A DNA stretch of 64,000 nt. Source: an uncultured Pseudomonadales bacterium (GTDB lineage: Bacteria > Pseudomonadota > Gammaproteobacteria > Pseudomonadales > UBA7239). Position numbers and translations under genes: made by a program. The notes below the pieces were generated by a model that was not told the DNA's origin, ran no database searches, and was given only the letters and a program-made list of their open reading frames with translations. How positions within the stretch are numbered: position 1 is the first letter of the stretch; every line of letters starts with the position of its first letter. This document shows positions 8,352-22,973 of the stretch, piece after piece. The stretch covers positions 33,331 to 97,330 of the forward strand of contig CAZDWC010000008.1 in NCBI GenBank assembly GCA_964509075.1. The letters are read 5' to 3'.

Positions 8352-10418
8352 ATGACTGCTACACACACACCCATCACACAGCTGCACGGGCTGGGCCCGC
8401 AACTCGCCGAAAAACTGGCGCGGCTGGATGTGCACAGCGCCGAAGATCTGCTCTGGCATTTGCCGCTGCGCTATCGCGACCTCACGCGCATCACGCCCAT
8501 CGGCGCACTGAACCTGCACAGCGAAGCGCTGGTGGAAGGCACCATACGCGCCTGCGATGTGACATTCGGGCGCCGTCGCAGCCTGCTGTGCCTGATACAG
8601 GATGGCAGTGGCACACTGGCGCTGCGTTTTTTTCATTTCTCGAAAGCACAGCAACAACAAATGCAAGCGGGCAAGAAAATTCGCGCCTGGGGCGAAGCAC
8701 GGCGCGGCGCCAGCGGACTGGAAATGGTTCACCCGGAATACCGACTGCTCGAACACGGCGAACCGCCCGCGTTGGCTGAGCGACTGACGCCGGTTTATCC
8801 GGCAACTGAAGGTTTGCAGCAAACACGCCTGCGCAAGCTGATCGAACAGGCTCTAGCCAAGCTGCAAGCTGTTACTGATTATCTTCCTGCACACTTGTTG
8901 CCGCAGCGTTTGCACATGAGCTTGCATGATGCACTACGCTACCTGCATCAACCACCAACAGATGCACCGGTTGCACAACTGCAACAAGGCAACCACCCGA
9001 CACAACAGCGCCTCGCATTTGAAGAGATGCTGGCACACCATCTCGGCCTGCTGCGTTTGCGCCAGCAACAAAAACGCGAACCCGGGATTGCCTTGACGAT
9101 CAACCAGACTCTGCACAAACAATTCCTGCAAGCATTGCCCTTTGCATTGACCTCTGCACAACAACGCGTTGTCACAGAGATCTATCGCGATCTCGAACAA
9201 GCCGAACCGATGTTGCGGCTCGTACAGGGCGACGTCGGTTCAGGAAAAACAGTTGTCGCCGCACTCGCCTGCCTGCAAGCAGCCGCGAATGGCAAGCAAG
9301 CCGCAATGATGGCACCAACCGAAATTCTCGCCGAACAACACTTCCTGCAATTCCAGCGCTGGTTTGAGGCGTTGGGTTTTCGCTGCGCGTGGCTGACTGG
9401 CAGCATCAAAAGCAAGTCGCGACGCGAAGCACTCGCAGCACTGGCCGACGGCAGTGCGCAAATCGCTATCGGCACGCACGCCTTGTTTCAAGACGAAGTT
9501 ACGTTTGCCAACCTCGCATTGGTGATTGCCGATGAGCAACATCGCTTTGGTGTGCGCCAGCGGCTGGCACTGCAACAAAAAGCCAACGGCAACGCCATGC
9601 CCCACCAGTTGCTGATGACGGCAACACCCATTCCGCGCACACTGGCGATGAGCGCCTACGCCGATCTCGATTGCTCCGTGATTGATGAGCGTCCACCGGG
9701 ACGCACACCCATACAAACCGTAGTTATCGACAACCAACGCCGGCAGGAAATCATCGAACGCATGCGCATCGCCTGCAGCGAAGGCCGGCAAGCTTACTGG
9801 GTGTGCACATTGATCGAGGAATCAGAAGTCCTGCAATGCCAGGCCGCAGAAGTAACTGCAAAGGAGTTATGTGAAGCACTACCCATGCTGCGCATCGGTC
9901 TCGTGCACGGCAAACTGAAAGCAACGGAAAAAGCCGCAATCATGGATGCGTTCAAACGCGGTGAGATAGACGTGCTGGTAGCCACCACCGTCATTGAAGT
10001 CGGCGTCGATGTTCCCAACGCCAGCCTGATGATTATTGAAAACCCGGAACGCCTTGGCCTGGCACAACTGCACCAGTTGCGCGGCCGCGTCGGCCGCGGC
10101 ACTACTGCCAGCCATTGTGTACTGCTGTACAACACGCCGCTGTCACAACACGCGCGCGAACGCCTGGCTGTCTTGCGCGACAGCGATGACGGCTTTGTGA
10201 TCGCCGAAAAAGACCTGCAATTGCGCGGCCCCGGTGAGCTGCTCGGCACAAGACAAACTGGCGACATCGCCTTTCGCATCGCCGATCTCGCACGCGATGC
10301 ACACTGGATGCCGCAGGTAAAACACTGCGCAGAAATCATGCTGCGCGATTACCCCCAACAAACGGATGCACTCATTCGTCGCTGGCTGCGCGCCGGCGAA
10401 CGCTATGCAAGAACCTGA
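8352..10418 (+). CDS. recG: ATP-dependent DNA helicase RecG
   Basis: LVQGDVGSGKT, DEQHRFG, MTATPIPRT, ATTVIEVGVDVPNAS, HQLRGRVGRG, DLQLRGPGE. Confidence 0.97.
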   Translation: MTATHTPITQLHGLGPQLAEKLARLDVHSAEDLLWHLPLRYRDLTRITPIGALNLHSEALVEGTIRACDVTFGRRRSLLCLIQDGSGTLALRFFHFSKAQQQQMQAGKKIRAWGEARRGASGLEMVHPEYRLLEHGEPPALAERLTPVYPATEGLQQTRLRKLIEQALAKLQAVTDYLPAHLLPQRLHMSLHDALRYLHQPPTDAPVAQLQQGNHPTQQRLAFEEMLAHHLGLLRLRQQQKREPGIALTINQTLHKQFLQALPFALTSAQQRVVTEIYRDLEQAEPMLRLVQGDVGSGKTVVAALACLQAAANGKQAAMMAPTEILAEQHFLQFQRWFEALGFRCAWLTGSIKSKSRREALAALADGSAQIAIGTHALFQDEVTFANLALVIADEQHRFGVRQRLALQQKANGNAMPHQLLMTATPIPRTLAMSAYADLDCSVIDERPPGRTPIQTVVIDNQRRQEIIERMRIACSEGRQAYWVCTLIEESEVLQCQAAEVTAKELCEALPMLRIGLVHGKLKATEKAAIMDAFKRGEIDVLVATTVIEVGVDVPNASLMIIENPERLGLAQLHQLRGRVGRGTTASHCVLLYNTPLSQHARERLAVLRDSDDGFVIAEKDLQLRGPGELLGTRQTGDIAFRIADLARDAHWMPQVKHCAEIMLRDYPQQTDALIRRWLRAGERYART

Positions 10419-10434
10419 CACACAGGAAGCAACT

Positions 10435-11667
10435 ATGTCACTGAATACACGCATTATGCTCGGCGCCATTATCGGCATTGCATTAGGCACAATGTTTGGC
10501 CAAGCCGGCCTCGATTCCACCTTGTCACGACAAGGCCTGTATCTCTGCGCACTAATCAGCGGCATATTTATCGGCTTGCTGAAAATGGTGATGGTGCCAC
10601 TGGTGTTCACCTCGATTGCGGTTGGCGTGGCACAACTGCAATCCCATCATCGCATGCACCATGTCTGGATTATTACGCTGCTGTTTTTCACCCTTACCAC
10701 CAGCATTGCGGTGGCTCTTGGCATTATCGCGATGAAATGGTTTGATCCGGCGGCCGGCTTGCAACTGGACACATTTCGTGAGGCGATGGCTCAACACAAG
10801 ACAAACTCTCTGTCGACACAGGATTTTCTCAGCCAGTTCATTGCTGGACTGTTTGCCAATCCAGTGGCAGCCATGGCACAAGGCAACATCATGGCGGTAT
10901 TGGTATTTGCCCTCTTTACCGGAATTGCACTGGTTACTGCCGGTGAACGCTATCGCCACCTGCAATCCCTGCTGCAGGAGCTGTTCAACCTGATGATGCA
11001 AATGGTGGGCTGGATCATGCACATCGCACCGCTCGGCATCATGGCACTGCTGGCAAAACTGGTTGCCACGCAAAATCTGGCCCTGTTTGCCAGCCTCGGC
11101 CAATTCACAGTCGTAGTCATTGGCAGCACACTGCTGCACGGCATTGTCATTCTGCCCACGCTGCTATGGTTGTTAACGCGCGTATCACCTCTGACATTGT
11201 GGCGAGGTGCGCGTCCGGCGTTGCTGACGGCATTTGCTACCAGCTCCAGCGCAGCGACGCTGCCGATCACGCTCAAATGCCTGGAAGAGGACATGGGGGT
11301 TGATCGTGATATCGCCAATTTTGTCGCGCCGCTCGGTGCTCAAGTAAACATGGATGGCACCGCGCTCTATGAAGCGGCAGCAGCGCTGTTCATTGCCGGA
11401 CTCTGTGGTTTGGAGTTATCGCTGAGCCAGCAGTTGATAGTCTGCTTCACGGCTATGCTGGCGGCAGTCGGCGCACCAGGCATTCCCAGCGCAGGAATGG
11501 TAACGATGGTGATGGTGCTGCAATCGGTGGGGTTGCCGGCTGAAGCTATTGCCATTCTGCTGCCAATTGATCGTGTGCTGGACACGGTACGCACCACCGT
11601 CAATGTTGAAGGCGATTTCATTGGCAGTTTGGTCGTACACAAACATTCCGGCGTTTCGGCGCCATAG
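10435..11667 (+). CDS. Dicarboxylate/amino acid:cation symporter (DAACS/SDF family)
   Basis: Multiple TM helices; AFATSSSAATLP, NMDGTALY, GAPGIP, DRVLDTVRTTVNVEGD. Confidence 0.9.
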   Translation: MSLNTRIMLGAIIGIALGTMFGQAGLDSTLSRQGLYLCALISGIFIGLLKMVMVPLVFTSIAVGVAQLQSHHRMHHVWIITLLFFTLTTSIAVALGIIAMKWFDPAAGLQLDTFREAMAQHKTNSLSTQDFLSQFIAGLFANPVAAMAQGNIMAVLVFALFTGIALVTAGERYRHLQSLLQELFNLMMQMVGWIMHIAPLGIMALLAKLVATQNLALFASLGQFTVVVIGSTLLHGIVILPTLLWLLTRVSPLTLWRGARPALLTAFATSSSAATLPITLKCLEEDMGVDRDIANFVAPLGAQVNMDGTALYEAAAALFIAGLCGLELSLSQQLIVCFTAMLAAVGAPGIPSAGMVTMVMVLQSVGLPAEAIAILLPIDRVLDTVRTTVNVEGDFIGSLVVHKHSGVSAP

Positions 11668-11691
11668 AAAAGGCGACACATGTCGCCTTTT
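11668..11691. terminator. Bidirectional intrinsic terminator between symporter and rpoS
   Basis: AAAAGGCGACA-CA-TGTCGCCTTTT inverted repeat between convergent genes. Confidence 0.8.
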
Positions 11692-11726
11692 CATTGAGCT
11701 ATCATTGATCAGAATTACTGTTCGCT

Positions 11727-12758
11727 TCAGTGAAACATCGCCTCGCTATCCAGGCCTTCTTTTTCCATTAATTCACGCAAACGGCGCAATGCCTCCATCT
11801 GGATCTGACGCACACGCTCACGTGTCAAACCAATTTCGGCACCCACTTCTTCCAGGGTGCTGACTTCATGGCCGTTAAGACCAAAGCGTCGACACAACAC
11901 CTCTTGTTGCTTGTCGGTCAGTTCATTTATCCACTGGTCGAGATGGAATCGCAAGTCACTGTCCTGCAACAACTCGGCAGGATCACTAGGGTGCTCATCG
12001 GCAATGGTATCCAGCAGCGACTTTCCAGAATCGTGACCCAAGGGTGTATCAATCGACGTGATGCGCTCGTTGAGGCTCAGCATGTATTTGACATCGGAAA
12101 CCGGTTTCTGCAGTAATGCCGCGATGTCTTCCGGGGAGGGTTCGTGATCGAGCTTCTGCGCCAACTCTCTTGCCGCACGCAAATAGACATTCAACTCTTT
12201 GACCACATGAATCGGCAAGCGAATGGTACGCGTCTGGTTCATGATGGCGCGCTCAATGGTCTGCCTTATCCACCATGTTGCGTAAGTCGAAAAGCGAAAA
12301 CCGCGCTCGGGATCAAACTTCTCCACCGCGCGGATCAGACCGAGATTGCCCTCTTCAATCAAGTCAAGCAATGGCAGGCCCCGATTCAGGTAGCGGCGTG
12401 AAATTTTCACCACCAGGCGCAGATTGCTTTCAATCATGCGCTTGCGGCCTTTCTCGTCACCCTTGAGTGCCAGGCGCGCAAAATGAACTTCTTCTTCAGC
12501 ACTTAACAGCGGGGAAAAACCGATTTCATTGAGGTAAATCTGGGTGGCATCGGATGCATGTGCAACATCCATTTCTGCATCCAGTTGTGAATGGGGGGAA
12601 AACCGCTGTGGCGCTGGCTGTGCAGCAGACACTTCGTCTACTACATCATCCATGACTTGCTCGTCGGCCGGATCAAATGCCGCCTCCGTGCCAACTACCG
12701 TAAAAAACTCGCTGTTTTCTGACAATTGCCCTGTGATATCCCTTGCCTGGAGTGCCAT
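11727..12758 (-). CDS. rpoS: RNA polymerase sigma factor RpoS
   Basis: [54 protein letters not shown]; downstream of nlpD. Confidence 0.95.
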   Translation of the reverse strand: MALQARDITGQLSENSEFFTVVGTEAAFDPADEQVMDDVVDEVSAAQPAPQRFSPHSQLDAEMDVAHASDATQIYLNEIGFSPLLSAEEEVHFARLALKGDEKGRKRMIESNLRLVVKISRRYLNRGLPLLDLIEEGNLGLIRAVEKFDPERGFRFSTYATWWIRQTIERAIMNQTRTIRLPIHVVKELNVYLRAARELAQKLDHEPSPEDIAALLQKPVSDVKYMLSLNERITSIDTPLGHDSGKSLLDTIADEHPSDPAELLQDSDLRFHLDQWINELTDKQQEVLCRRFGLNGHEVSTLEEVGAEIGLTRERVRQIQMEALRRLRELMEKEGLDSEAMFH

Positions 12759-12859
12759 AACAAAAACCTTTTCTGGTTCAGCGCATTGCATGGCGCCGGC
12801 ACACTATCGTGTCAACGCCCACCCTTCCCCGTCCCCATGGCCAATCTGTAAAACCAACT

Positions 12860-13750
12860 TCAGCGCCTGGGCAAGTACAGCAAAGGATCTACCGGCTTAC
12901 CTTCGTAGCGAATTTCAAAATGCAGCTTGTCTCTGTCTGTACCGCTGGAACCTATTTCGGCAATTTTCTGTCCAGCTTTAACTGTTTCGCCTTCCCTGAC
13001 CAATAATTTACTGTTGTGTCCGTATGCACTGAGAAACTGATCGTCATGTTTGATGATGACCAACTGCCCATAGCCTGCCAAACCACTGCCCGCATATACA
13101 ACATTGCCCCCTGCAGCAGCTGAAACAGATTCCCCCAACTTCCCATCGAGATCAATCCCCTTGCGTAGCGGGTCCGCTACAGAAAAACTTGAAATTACAC
13201 GCCCACGACTAGGCCACAGCCATTTGCCTCGTGCTGCTGGCGGCAAGGTAGTAGCCGGTTTCACAACTGGTTCCACCACAGGTTCCACATTTTCAGCAGG
13301 CTTTGCCATTATCGGCGCCGTGACAGGCTTCACAGTTTCCGGTCTATCTACCACCCTGACTTCGCTGACACCCTCTCGCGAATCCGGCACGGCATACACC
13401 TGGGTGCCTGCAGAATCACTCACTACCCCACCACCCCGACTAGGACTACCCGTGCCAAGATTCAACTTCTGGCCGACATGGATGGTGTAGGGAGCAACAA
13501 TATTGTTAATGCCTGCTAACGTGCGATAGTCAATACTGTAGCGCCAGGCTATGGAGTAGAGGGTGTCTCCTTTCGAGACCGTGTGATGATGGATGCGGAT
13601 ATCCGGCGGCTGATCCAGCTGCTCGACAGTAGCCAGATGTCCACTGCTTTTACAGCCCGCCGACACAAAAAATGTCAGCAATAAAAGGACTTGCGCCAGA
13701 AAAATGCCGGCTTTGGTGAGCAGGTATTGTGTTCCACGTTCTGCCCGCAT
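12860..13750 (-). CDS. nlpD: LysM/M23 lipoprotein NlpD
   Basis: Lipobox-like SAGC; LysM (HTVSKGDTLYSIAW); M23 domain (GYGQLVIIKH, SAYGHN, LHFEIR); upstream of rpoS. Confidence 0.9.
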   Translation of the reverse strand: MRAERGTQYLLTKAGIFLAQVLLLLTFFVSAGCKSSGHLATVEQLDQPPDIRIHHHTVSKGDTLYSIAWRYSIDYRTLAGINNIVAPYTIHVGQKLNLGTGSPSRGGGVVSDSAGTQVYAVPDSREGVSEVRVVDRPETVKPVTAPIMAKPAENVEPVVEPVVKPATTLPPAARGKWLWPSRGRVISSFSVADPLRKGIDLDGKLGESVSAAAGGNVVYAGSGLAGYGQLVIIKHDDQFLSAYGHNSKLLVREGETVKAGQKIAEIGSSGTDRDKLHFEIRYEGKPVDPLLYLPRR

Positions 13751-13841
13751 GATGACCCCATTAAAAAACGGAATTACGACATTGTGAGTATGTGAAAAAG
13801 GTCTAAAAAAATCTGCATTTTGTTTCGCAAAATGGACTGTA

Positions 13842-14528
13842 CTAGCGCAGGATTCCGCTGACAAAAGGCACAAACCGCGCAGGCTCGATCTCTTCGCGCT
13901 CGTATTCGCCGCTATCAGGATTGCGATACACCATCACCAGATGCTGCTCATCGCCACCCACCGGCGTCACCAGTACGCCACCCGGCGCCAGCTGCTGCAG
14001 CAATCGAGGCGGAATCTCCACCGGCGCTGCCGCCGAGAGAATACCGTCGAACGGCCCCGCTTCCTCCCAGCCAATCGCTCCATCGGCGTGACGCAAGAAA
14101 ACATTGTCGTGTTTCAGCAAACGCATCCGCTGCCGCGCCTTGGCAAGTAGGGGCTCGATGCGCTCCATGCTGTACACCTTGTCAACCAGCTGCGCGAGCA
14201 CGGCAGTCTGGTATCCGGAGCCCGTACCGATTTCCAGCACCCGCGAGCGCGGCCCACGCGAGAGCAACAGCTCGCTCATGCGCGCCACGGTGTAGGGCTG
14301 GGACAGGGTCTGGTTGTAACCGATAGGCAGGGCATCATCTTCATAAGCACGGTGCGCCAGCGCTTCATCCAGAAAAATATGGCGCGGCGTTTCGCGAATG
14401 GCGTTGATGACCTGGAAATTGCAGATGCCCTGATCCATCAGGCGCTCGATCAGGCGATCGCGCGTGCGCCGCGAAGTCATGCCTATGCCGTCAAGATTGA
14501 TGTGATCACCACGAGAAATTCGATTCAC
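13842..14528 (-). CDS. pcm: Protein-L-isoaspartate O-methyltransferase
   Basis: GIGMTSRRTRDRL, PIGYNQTLSQPY, VLEIGTGSGYQTAVL; GTG start near 14528 is approximate. Confidence 0.93.
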   Translation of the reverse strand: MNRISRGDHINLDGIGMTSRRTRDRLIERLMDQGICNFQVINAIRETPRHIFLDEALAHRAYEDDALPIGYNQTLSQPYTVARMSELLLSRGPRSRVLEIGTGSGYQTAVLAQLVDKVYSMERIEPLLAKARQRMRLLKHDNVFLRHADGAIGWEEAGPFDGILSAAAPVEIPPRLLQQLAPGGVLVTPVGGDEQHLVMVYRNPDSGEYEREEIEPARFVPFVSGILR

Positions 14529-14594
14529 AGCGCCCCCACACTGTTGATTTACTGCATCCGCACAAGCACCCCCGCGCCTGCGCAAACGCGGCCA

Positions 14595-15551
14595 CTATAC
14601 CACAGCCGCCCTGCGCAGGCCGATCAACTCACGCAACACACTGGTGGCATAGGTACCTGGCGGCAAGGCGAATTGCAGCTCCCAGGTATTGCCTTCCCAA
14701 CGCTGCTCACAGCACAGCGGCAGCAACAGTAACGCGCGGCGCTCCTGCTGCAATCCCACATGCTCAAGCTTGTCACGCCACGCAGCAAAGGGTTCAAGCA
14801 GCTGTTTTTCGAGCGCAGCCGCAGCACCCTGTGACGCCTCACGCCCACGCCCCCACAATGGCGCCGACGGGTAAGCCAGCGGCTCACCGTCCAGCAGCTG
14901 CTGCCAGCCAGTGTCGACAACGCGCGCCGCCAGCACCAGGTTGAACAGCCAGGCACGCACAGCAGAAACTACAAACTGGTTTTTGCGCTCGCGCCAGATC
15001 CGCGCATGCACGTCTCGCATGCCTTGTGCCCGTTGCAGATTGCTGCCATCAATACCGAAACGCTGCTCGCCGAAATAATTGGGCACACCGGCTGTCGCGA
15101 CATGCGCAAAACGCTCAGTCAGCTGCTGCTGATCGCCGTCCACATTACGCAAGCGAATGACAAAGCGGTTGGCCTGGTGCATACCTGGTCGCAATTTCTT
15201 GTCGTGCCGTGATACGGACAGAATTGTGCAGCCCTCAATCGCCAACGCACGCCAGTCGGGTTCAGGTTTCTTGCCCAGATACAGACTGAACCATTGGCGC
15301 GTTACCGCATGGCGATCTTTCAGTCCGCAATAACCGACATCCATCTGCTGAATATCGGCCCACGCCGCCAATTGCTTTGCCACCCACACCGTATTCTGCT
15401 CGCGCTTTTCAATGTGCAGGCACAGATGCTCACCGCTGCCGGACAAGTCAAAACCCAGCTGTTCATCGACAAAAAAATCTTCAGGCTTTGCGCGAAAATC
15501 AGCTGATGCAGAAAATGCGGGATACGCTCGCGGAAAATCCAGATCAAACAT
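14595..15551 (-). CDS. truD: tRNA pseudouridine(13) synthase TruD
   Basis: PEDFFVDE, GLKDRHAVTRQ, GVPNYFGEQRFG, LPPGTYATSVLREL. Confidence 0.95.
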   Translation of the reverse strand: MFDLDFPRAYPAFSASADFRAKPEDFFVDEQLGFDLSGSGEHLCLHIEKREQNTVWVAKQLAAWADIQQMDVGYCGLKDRHAVTRQWFSLYLGKKPEPDWRALAIEGCTILSVSRHDKKLRPGMHQANRFVIRLRNVDGDQQQLTERFAHVATAGVPNYFGEQRFGIDGSNLQRAQGMRDVHARIWRERKNQFVVSAVRAWLFNLVLAARVVDTGWQQLLDGEPLAYPSAPLWGRGREASQGAAAALEKQLLEPFAAWRDKLEHVGLQQERRALLLLPLCCEQRWEGNTWELQFALPPGTYATSVLRELIGLRRAAVV

Positions 15552-15558
15552 GATGTGA

Positions 15559-16047
15559 TCAACTTCCCGCTTTTTCGAGCAATGTGATGGCTTGTGCAGC
15601 GATGCCTTCCTGCCTGCCTTCGAACCCGAGTTTTTCCGTAGTGGTGGCTTTTACGCTGATTTTTTCGACAGCAACTTGCATAACGTCAGCCAGGCGCAGG
15701 CGCATCGCCTCGCGATGCGGCAACACCTTGGGTGCTTGCGCGATGATGGTGACGTCCGCATTACCCAACTGCCAGCCACTGTTGCGCAATAACTGACAAA
15801 CATGCGCCAACAACGCGCAACTGTCTGCACCTTTGTAAGCAGCATCAGTATCTGGAAAATGTTGGCCGATATCACCCAATGCCAAGGCACCGAGCAAGGC
15901 ATCACATAAAGCATGAATCGCGACATCACCATCGGAGTGCGCAATTACGCCACAGACATGTGGCACACGCACACCACACAGCATGATGTGATCACCGCTG
16001 TCACTGAAACGATGTACGTCATAACCCTGGCCGATACGGAATGTCAT
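15559..16047 (-). CDS. ispF: 2-C-methyl-D-erythritol 2,4-cyclodiphosphate synthase
   Basis: [40 protein letters not shown]. Confidence 0.97.
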   Translation of the reverse strand: MTFRIGQGYDVHRFSDSGDHIMLCGVRVPHVCGVIAHSDGDVAIHALCDALLGALALGDIGQHFPDTDAAYKGADSCALLAHVCQLLRNSGWQLGNADVTIIAQAPKVLPHREAMRLRLADVMQVAVEKISVKATTTEKLGFEGRQEGIAAQAITLLEKAGS

Positions 16048-16757
16048 GTCGTCTGCTCCAGATAAAACTGTTCCAGATAAAAACTGGCCAGCGCCAGATC
16101 CTGCGCGTAAGTAATCTTGATATTGCTGCGCGAACCCTCGACTACTCTCACTGCATGTCCGTCAGCTTCTACCGCAGAGGCTTCGTCGGTAATCTCCATC
16201 CGGCTTTGTTGTGCATGCAGCAAGCAATGTTGCAACAAGCCAAAACGAAACATTTGCGGTGTCTGCGCCTGCCAGATCACTGAGCGATCGACGGTTGCAG
16301 CGATGGCACCGTGAACAACCTGTTTGAGCGTATCAATGGCAGGCACTGCGAGAATGCCGCCGACAGCATCATCACGCAATACTGCGATAAGTTTTTGCAA
16401 ATCTTCCGTTCTCAGACAAGGGCGTGCAGCATCGTGCACCAGCACCCAATCCGTTGACTGTGCGCATGATTGCAGCGCTCGCAAGCCGCATACCACTGAA
16501 TCCGCACGCGTAGCACCGCCGACCACAAACTGTATACGAGCATCCTGCAAGCCCGCCAAGGTTGCAGCCGTAACATCGTCAGAGTGCAATGCGATGACGA
16601 TCTTTTCAATCTGCGCATTGCTCAACAGCGTCTGCACACTACGCTCAAGCACCGTAATACCACTGAGCTGCGCATATTGCTTGGAGACGCCATTACCGAA
16701 GCGGCTGCCAATGCCGGCAGCCGGAATCACCGCCCAGTAGCGCACAGAATTCGTCAC
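16044..16757 (-). CDS. ispD: 2-C-methyl-D-erythritol 4-phosphate cytidylyltransferase
   Basis: [37 protein letters not shown]. Confidence 0.95.
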   Translation of the reverse strand: MTNSVRYWAVIPAAGIGSRFGNGVSKQYAQLSGITVLERSVQTLLSNAQIEKIVIALHSDDVTAATLAGLQDARIQFVVGGATRADSVVCGLRALQSCAQSTDWVLVHDAARPCLRTEDLQKLIAVLRDDAVGGILAVPAIDTLKQVVHGAIAATVDRSVIWQAQTPQMFRFGLLQHCLLHAQQSRMEITDEASAVEADGHAVRVVEGSRSNIKITYAQDLALASFYLEQFYLEQTT

Positions 16758-17059
16758 GGTTTCTTTGCCTTGGAAGCCGCAGGCTTGTCCTTGTCATCGA
16801 CAATCAGCACAAACGTTTCATCCTTGCGGATCATGCCCATGTCGCGGCGCGCGCGGTCTTCTATGCTGCTGCCATTTTTCAGCGCTTCAATTTCCTGCGC
16901 CAATGCCTGGTTGCGCGCGCGCAGATGTGCGTTATCCAGTTGTTGTTTTTCAATTTCGCGTTTGAGTTCGGCGATATGCGCCAGGCTACCTTCCCCTACC
17001 CACAACCGGTATTGCAGCAAGCCCAGCAAAACAATCAGAACCAGCACGATCCATTTCAT
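16754..17059 (-). CDS. ftsB: Cell division protein FtsB
   Basis: TM helix LQYRLWVGEGS, coiled coil, ARRDMGMIRKDETF; between eno and ispD. Confidence 0.9.
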   Translation of the reverse strand: MKWIVLVLIVLLGLLQYRLWVGEGSLAHIAELKREIEKQQLDNAHLRARNQALAQEIEALKNGSSIEDRARRDMGMIRKDETFVLIVDDKDKPAASKAKKP

Positions 17060-17082
17060 CGCATCACCTGACTGTGTGCGAG

Positions 17083-17183
17083 GCGATGGCATGAGCAGCT
17101 GCGAAACCATCTGCGGCAGGAAGCCGCAGTTGAGCCTACAGGGATGTATTCACGGCGTGTTTCGCGGGTGTTCATGCCATCGC
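17083..17183. repeat. Nested inverted-repeat element in the eno-ftsB spacer (REP/MITE-like)
   Basis: Perfect 12-bp IR (17083-94/17172-83), 7-bp IR (17101-07/17159-65) and internal hairpin CTGCGGC-AGGAA-GCCGCAG (17121-39). Confidence 0.6.
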
Positions 17184-17205
17184 TACAGGATGCCTGTGGC
17201 CGCTA

Positions 17206-18507
<1,302 letters not shown>

Positions 18508-18543
18508 TCAATTGTCTGTTGTTTGCGTGCTTTTCGTATGCAA

Positions 18544-21053
<2,510 letters not shown>

Positions 21054-21235
21054 CTATATAAAATTCGTACGCCTCCGCACCCGGTCGGGGCAGAGAGGAT
21101 TGTGCATGCATCAAAACTGTTTGAACGGGCGCCGTACAGCAGGGTGTAACGGGCTGCGCGGATCGCCTCAGGGACGGGACGCCAGCCTACCAGAAAGGGG
21201 CTTTTCAGACAATGAAACGCAGGGGGGCTGCGCAA

Positions 21236-22896
21236 TCAAAACAAGGTATTGTCACCCTCGCCGTTGCCGGCAAACTTGAAGTAGCTGACCTCTTTGCGGA
21301 CTGCCTGTGCTACTTGATCAAGATTAACCGCCGAAGCGGATATGCCCAGTGCTGCATCAGCATTCAGGCGGCTCATGTCGGCAATATCAGCGATCTTGCC
21401 GGCAATATCCTGCATGGCCTGCTGCTGTTCCTGCAAGGCGTAACTGATCACCCCGATCTGCGCGCCCGCCAGCAGTGAATCACTGCGGATGCCCTGCATG
21501 GCAGTCTGCGCCTCCTGCGACAGCGACATCCCGCTTTCGACATGCTGCGCATTGTCCTGGATTGCCTGCACAATCAGGTCTGTGGTCTGGCGGATGTCGC
21601 CAATAATACCGGCGATGGACGCCGTGGCCTGTGTCGTGTTGCTCGCCAGTTTGCGCACCTCATCTGCCACCACGGCAAACCCGCGCCCGGACTCACCAGC
21701 CCGCGCTGCCTCGATGGCGGCGTTCAGAGCCAGAAGATTGGTCTGCCCGGATACATCCTTGATGGCCGCGCGATGAGACCTTCGATTTCCTCCACACAGC
21801 GATTCAGCGCCGTCACCAATGAAACGGAGGCATTGACGGATGTCTGCGCGATACCGAGTTCGACAACCATATTTTCGATAAGCCGGTTGCCTTGCTGCGC
21901 ACTTTCACTGCTGCGTTGTGCCTGAGCATTGGCATCTGCGGCACGCGCTGCAATTTGCTGCGCGCCACTGTTCACTTGCTCCACCGAGCCCAGAATACTG
22001 AGCGTGGCTTCGTTCTGCTCACCGCAATTGACAGACATCGTCCGAGCCTGATCGCGCAGCTGACCGAATGCGTTGAGCATCAACCACACTTGCCCGTTGA
22101 GACTGGTAGCCACATCCGTCCAGCGCGCCCGCATGCTGGCCAGATGCGCCATCAGGCTGCGGGTGTCGCCCGGCGCAACAGTGACCACCTGAGCCAGATC
22201 ACCTTGCGACAGCTTTTCGGCGAGCGATACACCATCCGCCGGCTCGCCGCCCAGTTGCCGAAAAACCTGCTGATAGAGATGACGACCACCGAACAAGATG
22301 CTGACGGCGATCAGAATCGATAACCCGACAGTGATGATGCGTGTCAACCGCAACAGTTTTTCAACGCGCCCCACGGTCTCGGTCTGCTGCTGATTGATCT
22401 TACCCTCCAGCAGTGTCAGCGCATCCTGCAAACTGTCACTGCTGTCATCAAACCCGCCCTTGCGTTTCATGATCACATTGCCGGCCGCCTGGCTCTGCTT
22501 ATATGCAGCCACCATCTCCATACCCGTATCGAACAACTGCTGTGCCTTTGCTGATAGCGCCTGCGTATCATCCGCCAATGTCGGATCGATTTCGGTGATG
22601 CGGGCTAATGCTTGATTGACTTGTTCCAGAGCTTTTTTGCCGTCATCAATACCATCTTGTTCACCTGTGGCACTGGCATCCGTCAGGTATTGCTGGATCT
22701 GGATCACCTCCCGCCGGGCCCATCCCACATTTTCCACCAACAAATCGGTTACGTTATGTTCGTGCTCGCTGGTCTTCTGTACTTCAAACAACATGACCGA
22801 CACCGACACTGCAATAACAGCCGTCATCAATACCGACAGCAGTACAAAACCGGTCAGGAAAGGCTTGAGACGCAAGCTGTTATTTTGGCCAGACAC
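21236..22896 (-). pseudogene. Methyl-accepting chemotaxis protein, frameshifted at about 21767-21772
   Basis: TM1, periplasmic helical sensor, TM2, LGGEP HAMP-like segment. The signalling hairpin ([40 protein letters not shown]) lies in a different frame after ATC-GCG-CG-GCC; removing one CG gives a continuous MCP. GTG start at 22896 inferred. A sequencing error cannot be excluded. Confidence 0.8.
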
Positions 22897-22973
22897 ACAC
22901 TCACCATCACATCGCTGCCCGCAGCAGCCCATGATGTGAGTGTAGTTGGCATTTACCACACAACCAGAAAGGT

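Noticed and set aside
16053-16082. 15-nt tandem duplication encoding [10 protein letters not shown] at the ispD C-terminus
   Set aside because: Real but tiny, in frame, and outside the catalytic core; no functional inference is supportable.
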